NCBI GenBank assembly: GCA_025363585.1 | Contig: JANYDN010000177.1 | Span: 7,749-71,748 of the forward strand | Reading direction: 5' to 3' | DNA: 64,000 bases | Origin: Verrucomicrobiota bacterium | GTDB taxonomy: Bacteria; Verrucomicrobiota; Verrucomicrobiia; Limisphaerales; UBA9464 | Position numbers and translations under genes: made by a program | Notes under the pieces: generated by a model | What the model was told of the DNA's origin: nothing | Database searches by the model: none | Seen by the model: the letters and a program-made list of their open reading frames with translations, nothing else | Part shown: positions 62,142-64,000 of the stretch, one piece after another | Numbering within the stretch: the stretch's first letter is position 1 | Layout of the letters: every line of letters begins with the position of its first letter

Positions 62142-63254
62142 ATGTCCGCCGCGCCCCGGCTCGCCTCGCGCCCGATCCATTCGCCCTACATGGAGTGGGC
62201 CAAAACCCGCGCCGCCGCGCGGTTCGGCCTTGCCGCCAGCGCGGTCGCTTCCGTCGGTCCCGGCGAATTCCCGCTGCCCATCGACGGCGGCGATTTCACG
62301 GGTCCCAGCTTTTACGGATGGCCTCCGCTGCAGGAAGCGCTCGCGACGCATCTGCGCGTCCCGTCCCGTCGCATCGTGCACACCGTCGGGACGTCCCTCG
62401 CCAACCACCTCGCGCTCGCCGTGCTCGCGGATCCCGGCGACGCGGTCCTCGTCGAGCACCCGACCTACGGGTTGATCGGCGACACCGCGCGCTTCCTCGG
62501 CCTCGAGGTCGTCCGCTTCGACCGCGATCCGGCCCGTGGCGGTGTTCCCGATCCGGACGAGATCGCATCACGGATGACGCCGCGGACGCGGGTGGTGGTC
62601 GTGACGAATCTCCACAATCCAACGAGCGCCGCGCTCGACCCCGTGCTGCTGCGGCACATTGCCGGCATCGTCGGGGAACGCGGCGCGTGGCTGTTGGTGG
62701 ACGAGGTGTACCTCGACGCGGCGTTCGCGGAACCGTTGTCGTCCGCATGCGATCTCTCGCCCAACGTGGTGGTCACCTCGAGCCTCACCAAAGTGTACGG
62801 CCTTCCCGGACTGCGTTGCGGATGGATCGTCGCGCCGGAAGAAGTCGCCGATGCCGCGTGGCGGCTGACCGACCTGTTCCACGTGGTTCCGTCGCACGCC
62901 GCCGAACGGCAGTCGGTCCTCGCGCTCGCCCGCGCGGACGTGCTGCGGCAACGCGCGCACGGGTTGCTCGCGACGAACCACGCGCTGTTCGGCTCGTTCC
63001 TCGCGTCGCGCCCGGAACTCGAATGCGTCCCGCCGGCCGGTGGAACCGTCGTGTTCCCGCGGTTGCGCGAGGGATCGGTCGAGGCCCTGGCGCGCGCGTT
63101 GCGGGAACACCACGAGACGTCCGTCGTCCCCGGCGGTTTCTTCGGGAGCCCCGACCACTTCCGGATCGGCGTTGGCATTGCCACCGCGACGCTGACGGAA
63201 GGCCTCGACCGCATCGGCCGCGTTCTCGACGCCCGCGCGCATCTCGGTGCTTGA
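62142..63254 (+). CDS. Class I/II pyridoxal-phosphate-dependent aminotransferase
   Basis: VVVVTNLHNPTSAAL, LLVDEVYLD, VVVTSSLTKVYGLPGLRCGWIVAP (PLP-lysine motif), HFRIGVG. Confidence 0.8.
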   Translation: MSAAPRLASRPIHSPYMEWAKTRAAARFGLAASAVASVGPGEFPLPIDGGDFTGPSFYGWPPLQEALATHLRVPSRRIVHTVGTSLANHLALAVLADPGDAVLVEHPTYGLIGDTARFLGLEVVRFDRDPARGGVPDPDEIASRMTPRTRVVVVTNLHNPTSAALDPVLLRHIAGIVGERGAWLLVDEVYLDAAFAEPLSSACDLSPNVVVTSSLTKVYGLPGLRCGWIVAPEEVADAAWRLTDLFHVVPSHAAERQSVLALARADVLRQRAHGLLATNHALFGSFLASRPELECVPPAGGTVVFPRLREGSVEALARALREHHETSVVPGGFFGSPDHFRIGVGIATATLTEGLDRIGRVLDARAHLGA

Positions 63255-63261
63255 GGCAACG

Positions 63262-63377
63262 AGAGGACTTTTCCACACGAGGAAAGGGAGAGAAGGGAGG
63301 TCGGGTTTGCCGCTCCGTCTTGGTGGCAAACAAGCCGACACCTCCCTTTTCTCCCTTACCTCCTGTAAAAATCCTCG
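63262..63377. repeat. Head+hairpin element with purine-rich arms
   Basis: Left GAGGACTTTTCCACACGAGGAAAGGGAGAGAAGGGAGGTCGGGTTTGCC. Right GGCAAACAAGCCGACACCTCCCTTTTCTCCCTTACCTCCTGTAAAAATCCTC (imperfect reverse complement, with the head GAGGATTTTTACAGGAG on the minus strand). Confidence 0.8.
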
Positions 63378-63454
63378 GGCGCAGCGGTACGGCCGCTGGA
63401 AAAACTTCCGGTTTCGCGAAGCCGGCATTTCGGCAACGCTCGCGCACTTCTTCC

Positions 63455-64000
63455 ATGGACTCGCCACTTGCCGTCACCACCGCGCGGCCCGGTTCGGCCT
63501 TGTTGATCCGGGATCTGCTGCATCGCGCGCGCCGCTGGGCCCCGCTCGAGACGGTCACGTACCGCAACCTGCGCACGCTGACCTACGCCGAACTCCTCGC
63601 GCGAATGGAGCGCCTCGGCGGCTTGCTCCGCGACCTCGGCGTGAAGCCCGGCGACCGCGTCGGGGTCCTCGACTGGGACAGCCATCGCTACCTGGAACTT
63701 TTTTTCGCCGTCCCGATGACCGGGGCCGCGATCCACACCGTCAACGTCCGGCTCACGCCCGAGCAGATGGCGTGGACCATCCGCCATGCCAACGACACGG
63801 TGCTCTTCGTCCACGTCGATTTCCTGCCGCTCGTCCGGGCTTGCCGCGACGCGATGCCCGCGGTCCGCAAGGTCGTCGTGATCTCCGACGACGACGTGGC
63901 CCCCGCCGTGGAAGACACCGACGGCGACTATGAGAGCGGCGTCGCCAACGCGCGTCCCGTCGAGTCCTGGCCGGACTTCGACGAGAACACGGTCGCGACG
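63455..64000 (+). CDS. AMP-dependent synthetase/ligase (fatty-acid-CoA ligase-like), partial (continues beyond window end)
   Basis: Not in the track (no stop in window). Manual translation: MDSPLAVTTARPGSALLIRDLLHRARRWAPLETVTYRNLRTLTYAELLARMERLGGLLRDLGVKPGDRVGVLDWDSHRYLELFFAVPMTGAAIHTVNVRLTPEQMAWTIRHANDTVLFV, a typical N-terminus of the family. Confidence 0.75.
   Translation, partial: MDSPLAVTTARPGSALLIRDLLHRARRWAPLETVTYRNLRTLTYAELLARMERLGGLLRDLGVKPGDRVGVLDWDSHRYLELFFAVPMTGAAIHTVNVRLTPEQMAWTIRHANDTVLFVHVDFLPLVRACRDAMPAVRKVVVISDDDVAPAVEDTDGDYESGVANARPVESWPDFDENTVAT

Overview
High-GC chromosomal window with hallmarks of the PVC superphylum: two DUF1549/DUF1553 + DUF1501 pairs, a PSCyt1-WD40 protein, a PVC-type haem-binding dehydrogenase, DUF6807, ThuA and several Tat-signal Gfo/Idh/MocA oxidoreductases. 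By inference only, this fits a Verrucomicrobiota (Opitutaceae-like) genome. I support about 45 CDS, one tRNA-Pro(UGG), two intrinsic terminators, two or three pseudogenes and many dispersed hairpin repeats. There are no rRNA genes, CRISPR arrays, transposases or integrases. Two edge-truncated genes are missing from the ORF track and were found by manual translation: an LTD/CotH protein at 1-2194 (minus) and an acyl-CoA synthetase at 63455-64000 (plus). Many long track ORFs are R/G/P-rich shadow frames of real genes, and several N-terminal extensions are just translated repeats, so I trimmed starts accordingly. Main observations: (1) In the DUF3570-ApbE-TlpA-DUF4266 cassette, the predicted outer-membrane barrel carries an exact ApbE flavinylation motif (DAISGAT). 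(2) A lower-GC islet next to the tRNA-Pro holds a broken vapBC, an HsdR_N fragment and one intact overlapping gene pair (57 aa + 194 aa) with an H-Y-E ADP-ribosyltransferase-like, DUF3990-like pattern. (3) An orphan patatin-like lipase is fused to a polytopic membrane domain. (4) A tightly spaced five-gene PVC operon of unknown function has ATGA stop/start overlaps at two of its four junctions. (5) prfC has lost its GTPase half at a cluster of hairpin repeats. (6) Nearly every intergenic space is a mosaic of hairpin repeat families, including GTGA-loop hairpins with covarying stems, heptamer-array inverted repeats at three 5-prime/divergent intergenic regions, and MITE-like head+hairpin elements. 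All homology calls come from motif recognition by eye. No searches were run.
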